DNA of 64,000 nt. Origin: Clostridia bacterium. GTDB taxonomy: Bacteria > Bacillota > Clostridia > UBA1212 > DUPL01. Location of the stretch: positions 224,001 through 288,000 of the forward strand of contig JBMNIW010000008.1 of assembly GCA_050951325.1 (NCBI GenBank), given 5' to 3'. Position numbers and translations under genes: made by a program. Positions 20,477-32,382 of the stretch are shown piece after piece. Each line of letters starts with the position of its first letter. Positions within the stretch are counted from its first letter, which is position 1. The notes under the pieces were generated by a model. The model saw nothing but the letters and a program-made list of their open reading frames with translations. It made no database searches and was not told the DNA's origin.

Positions 20477-22831
20477 TCATATCAAACTTTTCATTATCTT
20501 GCTTATTCCTCTGAAAAAACTTCCGTTTGCCATCTCAAGCAGTCCCTCAAACAGCCCGTCTTTTATACCAGCTGAGATTTGCATACTGCGAAGAGGAGCT
20601 CCTGCACTGGAGTTTATCATCATACGGAATTCAGGATTGGCATAGTCTTTTTTTCCGTTAAACTGTTTGGCGATTGTTGACTCAATTGCCCGGAACATGA
20701 TTTTCATGATCACGGAGGTTTCTTTCATTTCCATAATCGAATTATCCATTGTGTACTCCCCTTTTTTCGATACTGATAATACAATTTCATGCCCCAAAGC
20801 TTTCTCGAGGTCGCTCCGAGAGGGCTTTCCATTACAGTTCTGATACCAGCTTTCTTTCTGCCATTCAGGTACATCCACTGTTTCTCCATCAACATAGATC
20901 TCTGAAGTCAAATCAGCAACTGAAATCTTGTAATTCCCGCCAGGCACCTTCCATCCATTCTGCCAAATTGCAAACGAGCGGTCGTTCAGTACAAAAGTGA
21001 CAGTTTTACTCTCCCCTGCTTGCAGGTACAATTTATCAAAAGCTTTCAATTCTCTCACTGGTCGGTGAATGCCGTTTTGTGGAGGATGCACCCACAACAA
21101 TACCGCTTCCGCTCCTGACATTTTGCCGGTGTTTGTTATCGTAACCGAAACGGTCCTGCCAACAACCTTCAGGTCCGAATACACAAAGGAAGTGTAAGAC
21201 AAACCGTAGCCAAAGGGGAAACGAACAGGTTTGCCCGCTTTTTCATAATAGCGGTAGCCAACGTAGATACCCTCTTCATAGAGAGCGTCTTTTGTTTTGG
21301 CATAAATATTGGATGAGGCACAGTCTTCATAGCGTACAGGCCAGCTTTCTGCAAGTTTTCCCGACGGAACAGCTTTACCAAACAGCAGATTCTTCACAGC
21401 TTCGCCGCCTGCCTGCCCGGGAAGCCCCATAAACAAAATTGCTTTAACCTTGTCTGCCCAGGGACATTCCAAGGCACATCCACTGAAAAGAACAACAACC
21501 GTATTGGGATTTGCTTCTGCTACTTCATCAATCAAGCACAGTTGGCCGTCGGGCATTTTCATGCTGCTGCGGTCAAAGCCTTCTGATTCATAATTGTCGG
21601 GAAGTCCTGCAAAAATCACCACCACATCGGCATTTTTAGCGGCAGCGACCGCATCTTTAACAAGCTCATTTGTCGTAGAACCATCGTCAAGACATCCCTC
21701 ATGCCATTTAAGATTCGGCATTGCATCGCATGGTGTTGTTATTCTAAAGGGATTAATATGGCTTGAACCAGTACCCTGATAACGCATTTCCTTTGCCATT
21801 GAACCGATAAGAACAATCCTTTGCTCCTCGTTCAAAGGTAAAATAGCTAAATCGTTTTTCAGCAGGACTGCACTTTTTTCCGCTGCCTCACGCGCAATGC
21901 GGTTGTGTTCCTCCGCATTATAGGTATGAGGTGTGTTTAGAATTTGATGCGCTTCAAATACTTGCTTTAGAATTCTCTCAACAGATTTATCAATTTCCTT
22001 TTCGTCAAGCAGGCCAGCACGAACAGCCTTGATGGTGTCCTTTTCCATATAACCGCTGCCGCCAGGCATTAACAAATCGCATCCTGCACGAAAAGCTGCG
22101 ATTCTATCTGACATTCCGCCCCAGTCGGTAACAACAAATCCATCAAATCCCCATTCATTACGGAGAATATCTGTAAGCAGTTCCCGGTTGTCAGAGCAGT
22201 AAACCCCATTTATTTTGTTATACGCTGACATCACAGAGGAAGGCTTGCCTTCTTTTACCGCAATTTCAAACCCCGATAAATACATCTCCCTTAATGTGCG
22301 CTCATCAAGGATGCTGTCTGAGTTAAATCGACTTTTTTCCTGATTGTTGCAGGCAAAGTGCTTGAGACATGAAGCCACTACGACCCCTTCAAGACCTCTT
22401 ATCCACCCTGCTGCCATTTTTCCTGAGAGGTATGGATCTTCACTGAAATATTCAAAATTTCTGCCGCACAAAGGATTTCGTTTCAGATTCGCACCCGGAC
22501 CAAGAACAACTCCAACTTTCTGTGCCAAAGCCTCTACCCCAATAGCACGCCCGATGCATTCTGTCACGGCAGGGTCAAAGCTTGAGGCTGTTGTAGATGC
22601 AGAAGGAAAACAGGTCGCATGTACGGACTTGTTTATTCCGAGCATGTCTTGAGCGCTTGCACTTTCCTGTTTTCTAAGTCCGCTCGGACCGTCGGAGAGC
22701 ATCATTTCGGGAATTTCGTACTGCGACATTGCTTTTGTATGCCAGAAATCCGCACCTGAGCAAAAAGCCACTTTGTCCTCCAATGTCATCCGAGAAATAA
22801 TTTCTTTTATCTTACTCATATCATTCCTCAT
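20477..22831 (-). CDS. GH3 beta-glucosidase with Fn3-like domain
   Basis: SDGPSG.R, KRNPLCGRNFEYFSEDP, KHFA.NNQE, VVTDWG, ESEGFDR, FPFGYGLSYT. Confidence 0.95.
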   Translation of the reverse strand: MRNDMSKIKEIISRMTLEDKVAFCSGADFWHTKAMSQYEIPEMMLSDGPSGLRKQESASAQDMLGINKSVHATCFPSASTTASSFDPAVTECIGRAIGVEALAQKVGVVLGPGANLKRNPLCGRNFEYFSEDPYLSGKMAAGWIRGLEGVVVASCLKHFACNNQEKSRFNSDSILDERTLREMYLSGFEIAVKEGKPSSVMSAYNKINGVYCSDNRELLTDILRNEWGFDGFVVTDWGGMSDRIAAFRAGCDLLMPGGSGYMEKDTIKAVRAGLLDEKEIDKSVERILKQVFEAHQILNTPHTYNAEEHNRIAREAAEKSAVLLKNDLAILPLNEEQRIVLIGSMAKEMRYQGTGSSHINPFRITTPCDAMPNLKWHEGCLDDGSTTNELVKDAVAAAKNADVVVIFAGLPDNYESEGFDRSSMKMPDGQLCLIDEVAEANPNTVVVLFSGCALECPWADKVKAILFMGLPGQAGGEAVKNLLFGKAVPSGKLAESWPVRYEDCASSNIYAKTKDALYEEGIYVGYRYYEKAGKPVRFPFGYGLSYTSFVYSDLKVVGRTVSVTITNTGKMSGAEAVLLWVHPPQNGIHRPVRELKAFDKLYLQAGESKTVTFVLNDRSFAIWQNGWKVPGGNYKISVADLTSEIYVDGETVDVPEWQKESWYQNCNGKPSRSDLEKALGHEIVLSVSKKGEYTMDNSIMEMKETSVIMKIMFRAIESTIAKQFNGKKDYANPEFRMMINSSAGAPLRSMQISAGIKDGLFEGLLEMANGSFFRGISKIMKSLI

Positions 22832-25376
22832 ATTCCCACGTCCCCGCAGTTTGAATGTATTCTTTACCGCTTGGCAATTTCACCATTGCACGGCAGCCCG
22901 GAGGAACCGTTACAGTATAGACAGTTTTACCTTCTTTTCTCTCCCAGGAGCTTGTAATTTCTCCGTAAACGCTTTTATACGAAGCTTTTGCATATGTCAG
23001 ACTGCCTCCAGGCAAAGGTGAAACAATAAATTCATTATCGCCGGAAACTTTGATTCCGCAGACAGTGTCAAACAAGAAACGGCACACCGCTCCCTTTGAA
23101 TAGTGATTGAGAGAACCTATACCGCCCTTTTTTGATTCAGGTCCTTCCCATGCTTCCCAGACCGTGGTCGCGCCATTTTTCGGCATGAATAGCCAGCCGG
23201 GCATTTCCTCATTTTCAAGAAGTCTGTATGCGTACTTTGGATTGATATCCTTCAGTACGTCAAGTATGAAAGGCGTTGATAAAAAGCCGGTTCCGACACG
23301 CCAATCGTAATTATCAAGAGCTTTTATCAATCTTTGCTCTGCATACTTTTTCTGTTCACTGTCAAGCATGTCAAGGGCAAGCGGACGAACAAGCCGTGCC
23401 TGTCTGTCCGTATCGAGCAAGTACTTGTCAGTTTTCACAAGCGCACGGTAGGACTCTTTGCAGTTATTACTAAATTGTCTGTATTCTTCAGCTTTATCAG
23501 CCCGATCAAGTTCTTCTTCCATTTCTGCAAGAAGAGAAAGAACGTATGAGGTATATGCGGTGGCAACTTCAGGATGTGGAACCACGCAATCCTTCCACGT
23601 CATATGGTGTACATCGTCAGGCTCCGCCCATTCACCATAGCTCTGCCCTGCATTATTAAGGTACCTTTTGTCTTTTCCACACAGTCCCGTCCGCTTTGCC
23701 GTCGGATACCATTTGCCGCATCTTTTCATCTGAAATGCAGCATACTTTTCCATGCCGGATAAATATTTTTTAATGATTTTTCTGTCGTTGTATTGTTTCC
23801 ATAGAACGTAGGGAATTATTATGCCTGCATCAGCCCATCCCACAGAACCGTTCATTGCACGCATGTAAAAATCCGTACCGCCTTCGGGTGCAATTTGGGG
23901 AAGGCATCCGTTTTTCTTCTGCCAGTCGTACAAGTCATTCAAATACTTGACCGCAAAGGTATAGTAATCAAACAGATAACAAGCTGTTGAGCTGAATATC
24001 TGTGCATCTCCTGACCATCCATGCCGCTCTCTTGTCGGGCAGTCTGTTGGCAGATCGCACATATTGCTTTTTGCACTCCATACAGTATTCTCAAAGAATT
24101 TGTTAATTAGTGTGTTTGAGCAAGAAAAGGCCCCTGTTGTCTCCAAATCGGAATAAACTGCAATTGCAGTAAAATCCTCTGGATTTATTTCAATATCGCT
24201 CTCTATCTGGACATATCGGAAGCCAAATATTGAAAACTTGGGTTTATACCTATTTTCTCCATCCCGGCAGATGTATTCAGTCTGCTGAAGAGGTGTTGTA
24301 TAGTTCCTTATTGACAGCTGAAAGTTCTTTTGTGTAAACTCTCCGTCCTTGTCAATATACTCACCATAACGCAGTAAAATCTTCTGTCCTGCTTTGGCCT
24401 TTACGGAGAACTCTACATATCCTGCCATATTCTGACCAAAATCAAGAAAGGTTTTACCAAGCGGAGTTTTTATAATCTTTGCCTTGAAGTGCTCGTGCTC
24501 TGTCACAGGCACATTGTCGGAGGGGGTAGGAATTACATCATGCCTTGCTACTTTTGCATAACCTGAATAGGACGGCACCATCCTTGCGTCTACCTTTTCT
24601 CCATCCTTGTTATCTGCAAATCGTATTGGACCGTCATTACTCCAACTCCATGTATCATCCGTGCCGATAATCTCGGTGCTGCCGTCAGCTTTTTTTAGCT
24701 CAAGCTGAGCCAGTAGTTTTGTCTGCGTGCCGTACTGGTTTCTTCTACCCCAAGCACCGCAAGAGCCTCGGTACCAACCATCTGCCAGTTCCACCTCTAT
24801 CACGTTTTCACCATTTTTGACAAGGTCTGTCACATCATATGTCTGATACTGAACCCTGCGCCTGTAGTCAGTAATTCCTGGCGAAAGGACAAAATTACCG
24901 CACCTTATGCCGTTGATTCTTGCTGCGTAAAGCCCGCATGCAGTAATGTACAATCTAGCCTTTACAATATTGTTAGCTGAGAAAAACTTTTCAAAGCAGT
25001 CAACCGGATAGCGTTTTGATCTCCGAACACGATAGTTTCCTGAAATCCATCTGGCCTGCCACTCTTCGCCTACGGGCAAGCCTGTTTCAAAAAATGACTC
25101 AGAAATTTCACCTTCAAGCCCGTTTTCATCCCATACTTTCAGCATTAACCTCACCCGTGTACGCGGCGGAACTGGTTCTCCAAGCCATTTGGCGTAAAGA
25201 AGTTCACTATCTACCTTCCCACTGTCCCAAAGTATATTTGATTCTTCGTCATATGCCTGAATCCTGTATGCGGTCTGCTTTATACCATCTGAAAGATTCC
25301 AAGAAATTGCAGGGTTGGAATCGGATATCCCAATAGGTGAAAATAAATGATTTATTTTAATCCTTACAGCTTTCAT
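22821..25376 (-). CDS. GH78 alpha-L-rhamnosidase
   Basis: [41 protein letters not shown]. Confidence 0.93.
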   Translation of the reverse strand: MKAVRIKINHLFSPIGISDSNPAISWNLSDGIKQTAYRIQAYDEESNILWDSGKVDSELLYAKWLGEPVPPRTRVRLMLKVWDENGLEGEISESFFETGLPVGEEWQARWISGNYRVRRSKRYPVDCFEKFFSANNIVKARLYITACGLYAARINGIRCGNFVLSPGITDYRRRVQYQTYDVTDLVKNGENVIEVELADGWYRGSCGAWGRRNQYGTQTKLLAQLELKKADGSTEIIGTDDTWSWSNDGPIRFADNKDGEKVDARMVPSYSGYAKVARHDVIPTPSDNVPVTEHEHFKAKIIKTPLGKTFLDFGQNMAGYVEFSVKAKAGQKILLRYGEYIDKDGEFTQKNFQLSIRNYTTPLQQTEYICRDGENRYKPKFSIFGFRYVQIESDIEINPEDFTAIAVYSDLETTGAFSCSNTLINKFFENTVWSAKSNMCDLPTDCPTRERHGWSGDAQIFSSTACYLFDYYTFAVKYLNDLYDWQKKNGCLPQIAPEGGTDFYMRAMNGSVGWADAGIIIPYVLWKQYNDRKIIKKYLSGMEKYAAFQMKRCGKWYPTAKRTGLCGKDKRYLNNAGQSYGEWAEPDDVHHMTWKDCVVPHPEVATAYTSYVLSLLAEMEEELDRADKAEEYRQFSNNCKESYRALVKTDKYLLDTDRQARLVRPLALDMLDSEQKKYAEQRLIKALDNYDWRVGTGFLSTPFILDVLKDINPKYAYRLLENEEMPGWLFMPKNGATTVWEAWEGPESKKGGIGSLNHYSKGAVCRFLFDTVCGIKVSGDNEFIVSPLPGGSLTYAKASYKSVYGEITSSWERKEGKTVYTVTVPPGCRAMVKLPSGKEYIQTAGTWEYEE

Positions 25377-26818
25377 TCTTTTGCCTCCTGTCTTGCTTTG
25401 ATTTCGGCCTGTTTCTTCTCCAGACCTTTCTCAACATTCAAAAAGATCAGAAGTATGGCAAGTATAATTCCTGTAAACACTTCAAGACCTACAAAACCAA
25501 AAGTAATGGCGCTTTTGACGGCTTCTGTCTGAGTTGCAATCAGATTGCCTGCTTCGTCATAATATGGTTGAACATATCCTGCTGCCGAAAGAAGCCCATT
25601 AAATATACCCGTGCAAATTCCAACCATGGCTACTGCAATTATATTATACACAGACATGGCCAAACCATCTGAACGAAAACCAACCTTCCACTCGAAGTTG
25701 TCAAGTACGTCGGCAAATAAAGCCATAAAGACATATGAGCAAGGAAGACCTCCAATGTTCTTGATAAACTGCCCTATCAGCATAATGACCATATTTGTCG
25801 GGAAAATCCAGCAGATAATGCCTCCTATAGAGTATAGAATGAATCCAACTAGAGTAACGTTTCGCTTTCCAAATCTCTTTGCTAGAGGCCATACTGCGAA
25901 AATGCCTATTCCCATCGGAATACCGCCGATAACTGATATCATTGTCTGTGTGATGCCGTCATTGTATGTACCGAGCACATAATTGCAGAAATATACAAGA
26001 CTGAGATTCTTAATTGACGATCCCATGGTGTAAATGAGAAAGTACAGATAGATGATAATCATGTATTTATCTGTAAAAATTGCTTTTAGCTGTTTTAAAT
26101 ACGGTATCTTAACCTCGTTTTTGAATTCAGCTTTTTCCAGGGTGACACGTTCTTTCGTAAAGAAATATTCCAACAAGGTAAGGGGCAGGGCCAAAATTGA
26201 AAGCAGTGACATCAAAAGAATCCATTTTGACTTGTCAACGCCAATCATCGGCATAATTACCATCGGGAAAATGAGAGCCACGAGAATGCCGCTCATCATT
26301 ATCGTGGTAATCTGATTGAAAACCGACAACCCTCCCCGCTGTTTTGTATCCCGTGTAGAAAGAGGAACCATAAGATTATGGCTCATGTTGAAGATCGTAT
26401 AGGCAAAGGAATAAAAGAGGTTGTATGATACGATTACCCAAATTGCCTGAACCGTTGTCGATGCCTTAGGTACTGTAAACAACAGGATACCCGCAATTGT
26501 CAAAAGTGGTGCGGATACTAAAAGCCATGGCCGCGCTTTGCCTTCTTTGGTATGAGTACGGTCAATGATATATCCCATTATAACATTGGTGATGGCATCG
26601 ATTATTTTTGAAATAATCGGAAAGATAACAAGGAACGCTCCTCCCCACAGCTTGGTCAGCCCGAGCACATCGGTATAATATACATTAAGATAGGTTGCAA
26701 GAACCGCATTGAGAAGCAATGCACCGGCAGGCCCTAGAAGATATCCGAGCCATTTTTCTTTTGCTTTTACTTCAGAATCTTTAACAAGAGATTTCGGCAA
26801 AACAAAGGATTTTCTCAT
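25373..26818 (-). CDS. MFS glycoside-pentoside-hexuronide (GPH) family sugar transporter
   Basis: [25 protein letters not shown] motif; ~12 TM; overlaps the rhamnosidase start. Confidence 0.9.
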   Translation of the reverse strand: MRKSFVLPKSLVKDSEVKAKEKWLGYLLGPAGALLLNAVLATYLNVYYTDVLGLTKLWGGAFLVIFPIISKIIDAITNVIMGYIIDRTHTKEGKARPWLLVSAPLLTIAGILLFTVPKASTTVQAIWVIVSYNLFYSFAYTIFNMSHNLMVPLSTRDTKQRGGLSVFNQITTIMMSGILVALIFPMVIMPMIGVDKSKWILLMSLLSILALPLTLLEYFFTKERVTLEKAEFKNEVKIPYLKQLKAIFTDKYMIIIYLYFLIYTMGSSIKNLSLVYFCNYVLGTYNDGITQTMISVIGGIPMGIGIFAVWPLAKRFGKRNVTLVGFILYSIGGIICWIFPTNMVIMLIGQFIKNIGGLPCSYVFMALFADVLDNFEWKVGFRSDGLAMSVYNIIAVAMVGICTGIFNGLLSAAGYVQPYYDEAGNLIATQTEAVKSAITFGFVGLEVFTGIILAILLIFLNVEKGLEKKQAEIKARQEAKE

Positions 26819-26938
26819 ATATTAACCCTCCGCAATATAAACTAAGTCAATTATGTGTTTTATTATACCTTATCGTCCTCCTGATATATTGCATTATTGT
26901 CTGTTTTATTATATATTGTAAAAAAATGAGGTGACAAC

Positions 26939-28120
26939 ATGCTCCAGGACTATGAGTTTTTAGCAAAATCCCTAGCTTCATTATCAGCTTTGCCTGTCCG
27001 GTACTATGTTAAAGGAGAGTTCAGAGGGCTGTATCATCATGCAAAATTTGAGCCGGATCTGGCCATTTTGGAAGAACCTCACATATTTGCCGAAACAAAA
27101 AGCGTCAGTTATTATATGGATGAAAATCTTTTGTACTATGGACATTTCAGATCTAAAGAAGATGATGTGTCGCTCGTTATCGGGCCTGTTGCACCGATGC
27201 AGATAGATGCAAAAACCATCGCTTTGATTTTGCGGAAAATTGGAGAGCCGCTTTCCCGAGAGGATGAACTTGCCGCCTATTTTTCAACAATTCCGTCTTA
27301 TCCACTCCGTAATTTTCTGCAGATTTTATGTACTGTCAATTATTTTCTGAATCATGAAAAAACAGATGTAGAAGACCTCATTATTGGAGATGAAATCCTG
27401 GAACATATGGAAATTCCGGAAAAAGATATAAACATCACAGAGTCCGTTATCCATAATACTATGGAGTTGGAGGAAGAAATGCTTTCATATGTGGAATACG
27501 GACGTACAAACGATATGAAAAGATTTTTCCAAAGACCAGTATCAGGCCGACCTGGGAAAATGGCCCCCGATGCCATAAGGCAGCAAAAAAACCTCATTGT
27601 CTGTACCGCAACCCTTGTAACCCGTGCAGCAATCAGAGGTGGGCTGGATCCTGAAACTGCCTTCAACCTAAGTGACATGTACATACAAAAAGCGGAGCTT
27701 TTGAACAACTATGTGGCACTGACAAGACTTAATGCTCAAATGGTTATGGATTTCACCGAAAGAATCGAAAAAGTGCGCGGCGGCAAGAATGTATCCAAGC
27801 TGACTATCGATATTCGCAATTACATTCTGCAACACCTTAGCAACCCCATAACAACCAGAGATATTGCTGAATACATTGGAGCAAACCGCACATATCTGTG
27901 CAAGCTTTTCCGTGAGCAAAACGGAATTACCATCAACCGCTATATTCTGAATGTGAAAATCGAAGAAGCCAGGAGACTGCTCGTTGCAACAAACAAGTCG
28001 CTTGCAGAGATTGCCTTCTGTCTGGGTTTTTCTTCGCAAAGTCATTTCCATAACACCTTTCACCGACTATGCGGAACTACACCAAAGCAATTCAGAGACA
28101 CACATAAAAAAAGCAGGTAA
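26939..28120 (+). CDS. AraC-family transcriptional regulator
   Basis: RAAIRGG sensor-associated motif; C-terminal double HTH YL..LF....G, LGFSSQSHF. Confidence 0.9.
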   Translation: MLQDYEFLAKSLASLSALPVRYYVKGEFRGLYHHAKFEPDLAILEEPHIFAETKSVSYYMDENLLYYGHFRSKEDDVSLVIGPVAPMQIDAKTIALILRKIGEPLSREDELAAYFSTIPSYPLRNFLQILCTVNYFLNHEKTDVEDLIIGDEILEHMEIPEKDINITESVIHNTMELEEEMLSYVEYGRTNDMKRFFQRPVSGRPGKMAPDAIRQQKNLIVCTATLVTRAAIRGGLDPETAFNLSDMYIQKAELLNNYVALTRLNAQMVMDFTERIEKVRGGKNVSKLTIDIRNYILQHLSNPITTRDIAEYIGANRTYLCKLFREQNGITINRYILNVKIEEARRLLVATNKSLAEIAFCLGFSSQSHFHNTFHRLCGTTPKQFRDTHKKSR

Positions 28121-28183
28121 CAACAAGCACCAAATCTTTATAACAAAGAGTTGGCGCTTATTATCAACCCTTTAGCTGGATGC

Positions 28184-29257
28184 TTAATTATTTGTGATCA
28201 GGATGTTGTCTAGTTCAACTGTGATATCTGAAAACCATTTTGACTTTCTATATCTGTCAAGTCGTGGGTCATCCAGATCTGCCTTCATCAATCGCACCCA
28301 TTGCTTGTTGTCTTCAGGTGCTGCTGGTACAAAAATACCATCAAGTAATGGAAGCGATAGAGTATGCTCTTTGATATGTAAAGATTTCTTCACACATTCC
28401 AATGCTCTTGAAAGATGCTTTTTAACCATATTCTCGCCACTATTCAGTCCAGCCTCCATATACGCTATATCTTTGTGTAGGATATATAATTTCAATATAT
28501 CCTCATAGCTCATATCATCGTTTTTGTAAAATGTTTCATAAATATCCAAAACGGTCTTTAACACATTTAGTTTATACTCCAGCCCTCTTGAAATTTTATT
28601 ACTTTCAATTATTCCCATCGCCATATAGAATAGTTCCTTTGTGACCCAATATGTAAAAAAACCAACTTGTTCGATCAATTCATCATTGTCTAAAATCTGC
28701 GAAAAAATGACTTCCTGGCAATGGTTAATCTGAAATGACCGTAAAGCCCATTTTTCTGCCATTTCAAAATTTCCGTTTCTGGCGTATGTTTTTGCAATTA
28801 GTGCAATAGCCTGACCTTTGTAGTAATTAGGGGCATCACTGTTGTATATTTCTACACCTATATCTATTATCTCATCGCAGTATTTTACTCTGTCCGTATC
28901 ATAATACGTAGACAAAAGCATTTCCTTAACTTCAATATTGTTTGGCATTTTCTTGTATGCATCAAGCCATATTTCAAGTTTGCCAGGCATGTTGTTTCTG
29001 TGCAGTTCCCATGCTTTCATTTTGTATTCATCAAACAACATTTTTTCATTTATATTCTCTACTTGAAGCAATTCATCTACTGTTATTCCATAATAACGTG
29101 CTATAGCAGGTAGCAGCGAAATATCTGGACAGGAGTTGCCATTTTCCCATTTGCTAACAGATTGAAAAGATACATTCAAATACTGTGCAAGTTTTTCTTG
29201 CGAAATATTTTTTTCTTTCCTAAGGCTTTTTAGTTTCTCAGCCAGGTTTGCATTCAT
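28184..29257 (-). CDS. XRE-family HTH regulator with helical C-terminal domain
   Basis: LKSLRKEKNISQEKLA..LNVSFQSVSKWENG.S.PD; start at ATG 29257 after GAGGAG. Confidence 0.88.
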   Translation of the reverse strand: MNANLAEKLKSLRKEKNISQEKLAQYLNVSFQSVSKWENGNSCPDISLLPAIARYYGITVDELLQVENINEKMLFDEYKMKAWELHRNNMPGKLEIWLDAYKKMPNNIEVKEMLLSTYYDTDRVKYCDEIIDIGVEIYNSDAPNYYKGQAIALIAKTYARNGNFEMAEKWALRSFQINHCQEVIFSQILDNDELIEQVGFFTYWVTKELFYMAMGIIESNKISRGLEYKLNVLKTVLDIYETFYKNDDMSYEDILKLYILHKDIAYMEAGLNSGENMVKKHLSRALECVKKSLHIKEHTLSLPLLDGIFVPAAPEDNKQWVRLMKADLDDPRLDRYRKSKWFSDITVELDNILITNN

Positions 29258-29418
29258 TGCATTTCTCCTCACATTTCTATCATTATTTTCTGGCCACATA
29301 ATCATTATAGATTAATCTAATGATATTGGAATAACTTAATTGTCTAATAAATGTTTAATAGTTCAACCATAAGTTGAATTTTGTACTGTAAAACTGCATT
29401 AATCCCATATTATTACTC

Positions 29419-29448
29419 TTGACAAAACTATTAATACAGACATATAAT
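29419..29448 (+). promoter_or_regulatory. Sigma-A-type promoter candidate
   Basis: TTGACA-N18-TATAAT upstream of the 29602 gene. Confidence 0.45.
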
Positions 29449-29601
29449 TGCAGACATATTCATACATTTATAAAAATTAATTTTATTCGGGTAAAAATAT
29501 TTTTAAGAAAAGTGTCGGTATGACAAACTTTGTATTTACAAATAAGTCAATATGATTTATTATATAAAATATCTTAATACATTATACATAGGAGGTATAT
29601 T

Positions 29602-30189
29602 ATGAAAAAGCTTTTTAGAATTATGTTCACACTCTTAATCGTGATTGTGTTATTCACTTTCAGCGTGACTGCCGCAGAGGAAAAGATGGATAAATTATCT
29701 TATGATACTGTTGGCTATACACCTGTTGGCGGCAGTGAAGTTATGCTTAAAGATGGAATGGCTGATGATTTTCTCAAGAATAACCCCCAGTCGTTTAACG
29801 AGGGCGAATGGGAATCCGTATATTTACGTGGTTGGGCTGGCGATTCTGCTCCCATTGAGACATTCGGCTATAAGATAGACGGTGGGGAATTCGTTGCGGG
29901 AGATTTTGCTCAAGCAACTGAGGAACCTGTTCGTGCAGCGGGCGGAGAACACGCTTCAAGGTTTAAAGTAGTTGTTCCTGTAAAAACACTCAAACCTGGA
30001 GAGCATGTTGCCACAGCATATGCAAAACTTACTGACGGAAGAATTTTGGAGATTGCGTCATTCCCGTTTACAGTTCTCGGTGATTCAGAAAACCCCGAAA
30101 CAGGTTCAAATACTATGGTTATAGTAATGTTTGCACTTGTTGCTATGAGCATGGCATTTGTATTAACAAAGAAGAGAGTTTACAATTAA
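29602..30189 (+). CDS. Secreted protein with sortase-like C-terminal anchor (NPETG)
   Basis: Signal peptide; NPETG, hydrophobic helix, KKR tail; RBS AGGAGG. Confidence 0.75.
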   Translation: MKKLFRIMFTLLIVIVLFTFSVTAAEEKMDKLSYDTVGYTPVGGSEVMLKDGMADDFLKNNPQSFNEGEWESVYLRGWAGDSAPIETFGYKIDGGEFVAGDFAQATEEPVRAAGGEHASRFKVVVPVKTLKPGEHVATAYAKLTDGRILEIASFPFTVLGDSENPETGSNTMVIVMFALVAMSMAFVLTKKRVYN

Positions 30190-30210
30190 AAGCTTTACAA
30201 ATCAAATGCG

Positions 30211-30242
30211 AATCAACCCTGCGTACGCAGGGTTGATTTTTT
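30211..30242. terminator. Bidirectional terminator (perfect palindrome)
   Basis: AATCAACCCTGCGT|ACGCAGGGTTGATT then TTTT. Confidence 0.85.
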
Positions 30243-30261
30243 ATACGAATACAGTTAAGTA

Positions 30262-31276
30262 TTATTCTCCCTTGATATCGACGACTTCGCTATTTCCGTC
30301 TAGGATTTCAGCACACAAACGCATGGATTCGCCGATGGCTGCGTCTATATCATCCTCTGTTACCCCCAGCTTTTCACAACCAAGAGATTTATCTATATAC
30401 GTTTCAGCACACATCACATCGGCAAACTTCACCATATGAAGTCCACCCTCATGTCCAGCTTTCTTCTGCTTTGCCATAAGCTGCTTTCCACCTAATTTAT
30501 ACATCCAGTCAGGTATGGTCTTTATCTTTTTCTCAGGGCAGCCGAGATGCTTTTTAGCTATTGTCAGGAACTCCACCCAAGTCATATTGTACCAGCCGAT
30601 AGGATAGCAGTTTCCTCCCTTGTTGTGGGTCAGCGCTCCTGCGAGTGCCTGCCCTGCCTGCCGTACTGTAATCATGGTTGTTCCACCCCTGGGATACATT
30701 ATTGTCCCTTTGGCAGAGCGTATCATTTCAGCTATAAACATCCACACTGGCGCTTTCGGCCCTTTTGTGTACCAAATATGTATGGAAGCTCCAACACCGC
30801 CACATCGAAGTTCTCATCAGCAAAAGACATAGCCATATTTTCCTTATCTATACGGGAACGTATATACGGATGCCAGCGACAAAGATCTTTCTCAGGCCAT
30901 ATCTTGGCAAAGTAAGAAAAGTACGAACCGCAGATGGCAACGTGCTTCACACCGCTTTCTTTTGCAATTCGCAGCAGCCTCTCGAGTGGTGTGATGTTAT
31001 ACTTTTTGAACATATCATAGATTGGTGGAGGTCCTTCAATACGTTCGTCCACACCAGCAGCAAACACAAAACCATCGCATCCTTCAAAGTACTGCTTAAT
31101 CTGTTCATCACTTAAATCGAGATAGCTGCCGAATTCTATCTTCATCTCAGGCGGAAGATCCGCACCCGGCGGGATTTGCGGAAGGGCCAGGGCAGTAACC
31201 TCATGTCCTGCTGAAATAAGCTGCTTTGCACACTCGCTTCCTAATAGTCCAGTTCCTCCGATTATAAATCCTTCAT
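30262..31276 (-). pseudogene. NAD-dependent epimerase/dehydratase (extended SDR), split by indels near 31268 and 30755
   Basis: Reconstructs as MK(V)FIIGGTGLLG...FAAGVDER...HPYIRSR...LELPYIFG...RKPVW...; RBS AAGGAG. Confidence 0.8.
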
Positions 31277-31388
31277 ATTAATTCTCCTTTTCATTTTTAT
31301 ACTGGCATATACCCAGCAAGTTAGCTTATACTACAATTATATAGTGGCAACTCCTCAACTGATGGCAATGTACCGGGAGGTACATTTT

Positions 31389-31546
31389 ACTGTTCAACCT
31401 TCTTTTCCCACATCAATAGTTTTTCACTTTGCGTCATCTTCAATACCTTCCTAACTTATGAGTGTTCTGCTTTAATACATCTTTTTGCTCTATCATTCTC
31501 GCAAACATTCATTCATCTCACAAGGTGTATTCTATTTGACGCTTAC
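31389..31546 (-). mobile_element. IS66-family left-end fragment (copy A)
   Basis: Begins GTAAGCGTC on the minus strand; 158 bp inverted match to 35785-35942 with about 6 mismatches; includes the start of tnpA. Confidence 0.8.
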
Positions 31547-31788
31547 GTTTCTAACAGCTTTGTTTGATATAACAATAAATATAACTCCTGTTCAGCAGGT
31601 GCTACTTCGTATTTTTCTCTATAAAAATTATCCCCGTATACTTCAGACATAATAACTACGTCTTCAGGTAAACTTTTGTCCTCTTTAATTAGCGCATTAA
31701 AATCTTTCTGTTCTTCTATTGAACATTCTACGTATTCTATAATTCCCATATCCCATTGTAAATCTTTAACTTTAGTTTTCATATCCAT
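31543..31788 (-). pseudogene. Hypothetical protein truncated by the IS66 end
   Basis: Its stop codon is supplied by the GTAAGC IS terminus; RBS GGGGG upstream. Confidence 0.55.
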
Positions 31789-32382
31789 GTTAAACCCCCA
31801 ATAATTTATATGTTTACTTCAGTAAAATACTACCACATTGTAAGTTAAATGAAAAGTAAAGCAAATGTTTTAATTGCTAAGGGTCAAATTTAAACTCCCT
31901 CCAGCGTCATAAACACTTCCTCCAATACTTTCTCCACCTCTAATAGCCCTGTCAAGAACTATAATAGCCGCCACAGTACCATATATATATAAATATTATC
32001 TATCATCCAGCGCAATATTGATTGTTCGCAATATGTTAGTTTTTCTTCAAGAGTTAGCTTCATTGGCTTCTTTATTGGTGGGTCAATATCTTTAAAGCCT
32101 TGTTAATATTAGGTGATAAAAAGGCGGATTTTTAGGTCGAAATACCCTTTAGAGAATCCAGCAACATTTTTTATAATCAATTTTAATCGTTTTTACTCAT
32201 GTATAGGCTATTATATATTGATTTACGTTGAATATAGCCTTTATGACAATGCAGAAATTATTTACATAAATGCTTAACCTTAAAAACATTACATCCCAAT
32301 AATATCCCACACATACAATGTAGCAGTTAAAGTAAAAACTAAACACGCAAACAGTATTGCTGGCGCAGTAAACACAAAAAAT

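Noticed and set aside
31023-31030. TGGTGGAG matching the ssrA 3' end (possible attL)
   Set aside because: Only 8 bp, lies inside the epimerase coding sequence (GPPPI), and does not extend
31800-32380. AT-rich 600-bp gap as a possible ncRNA
   Set aside because: Only weak hairpins and a short hydrophobic gene tail cut by IS256; no supportable structure
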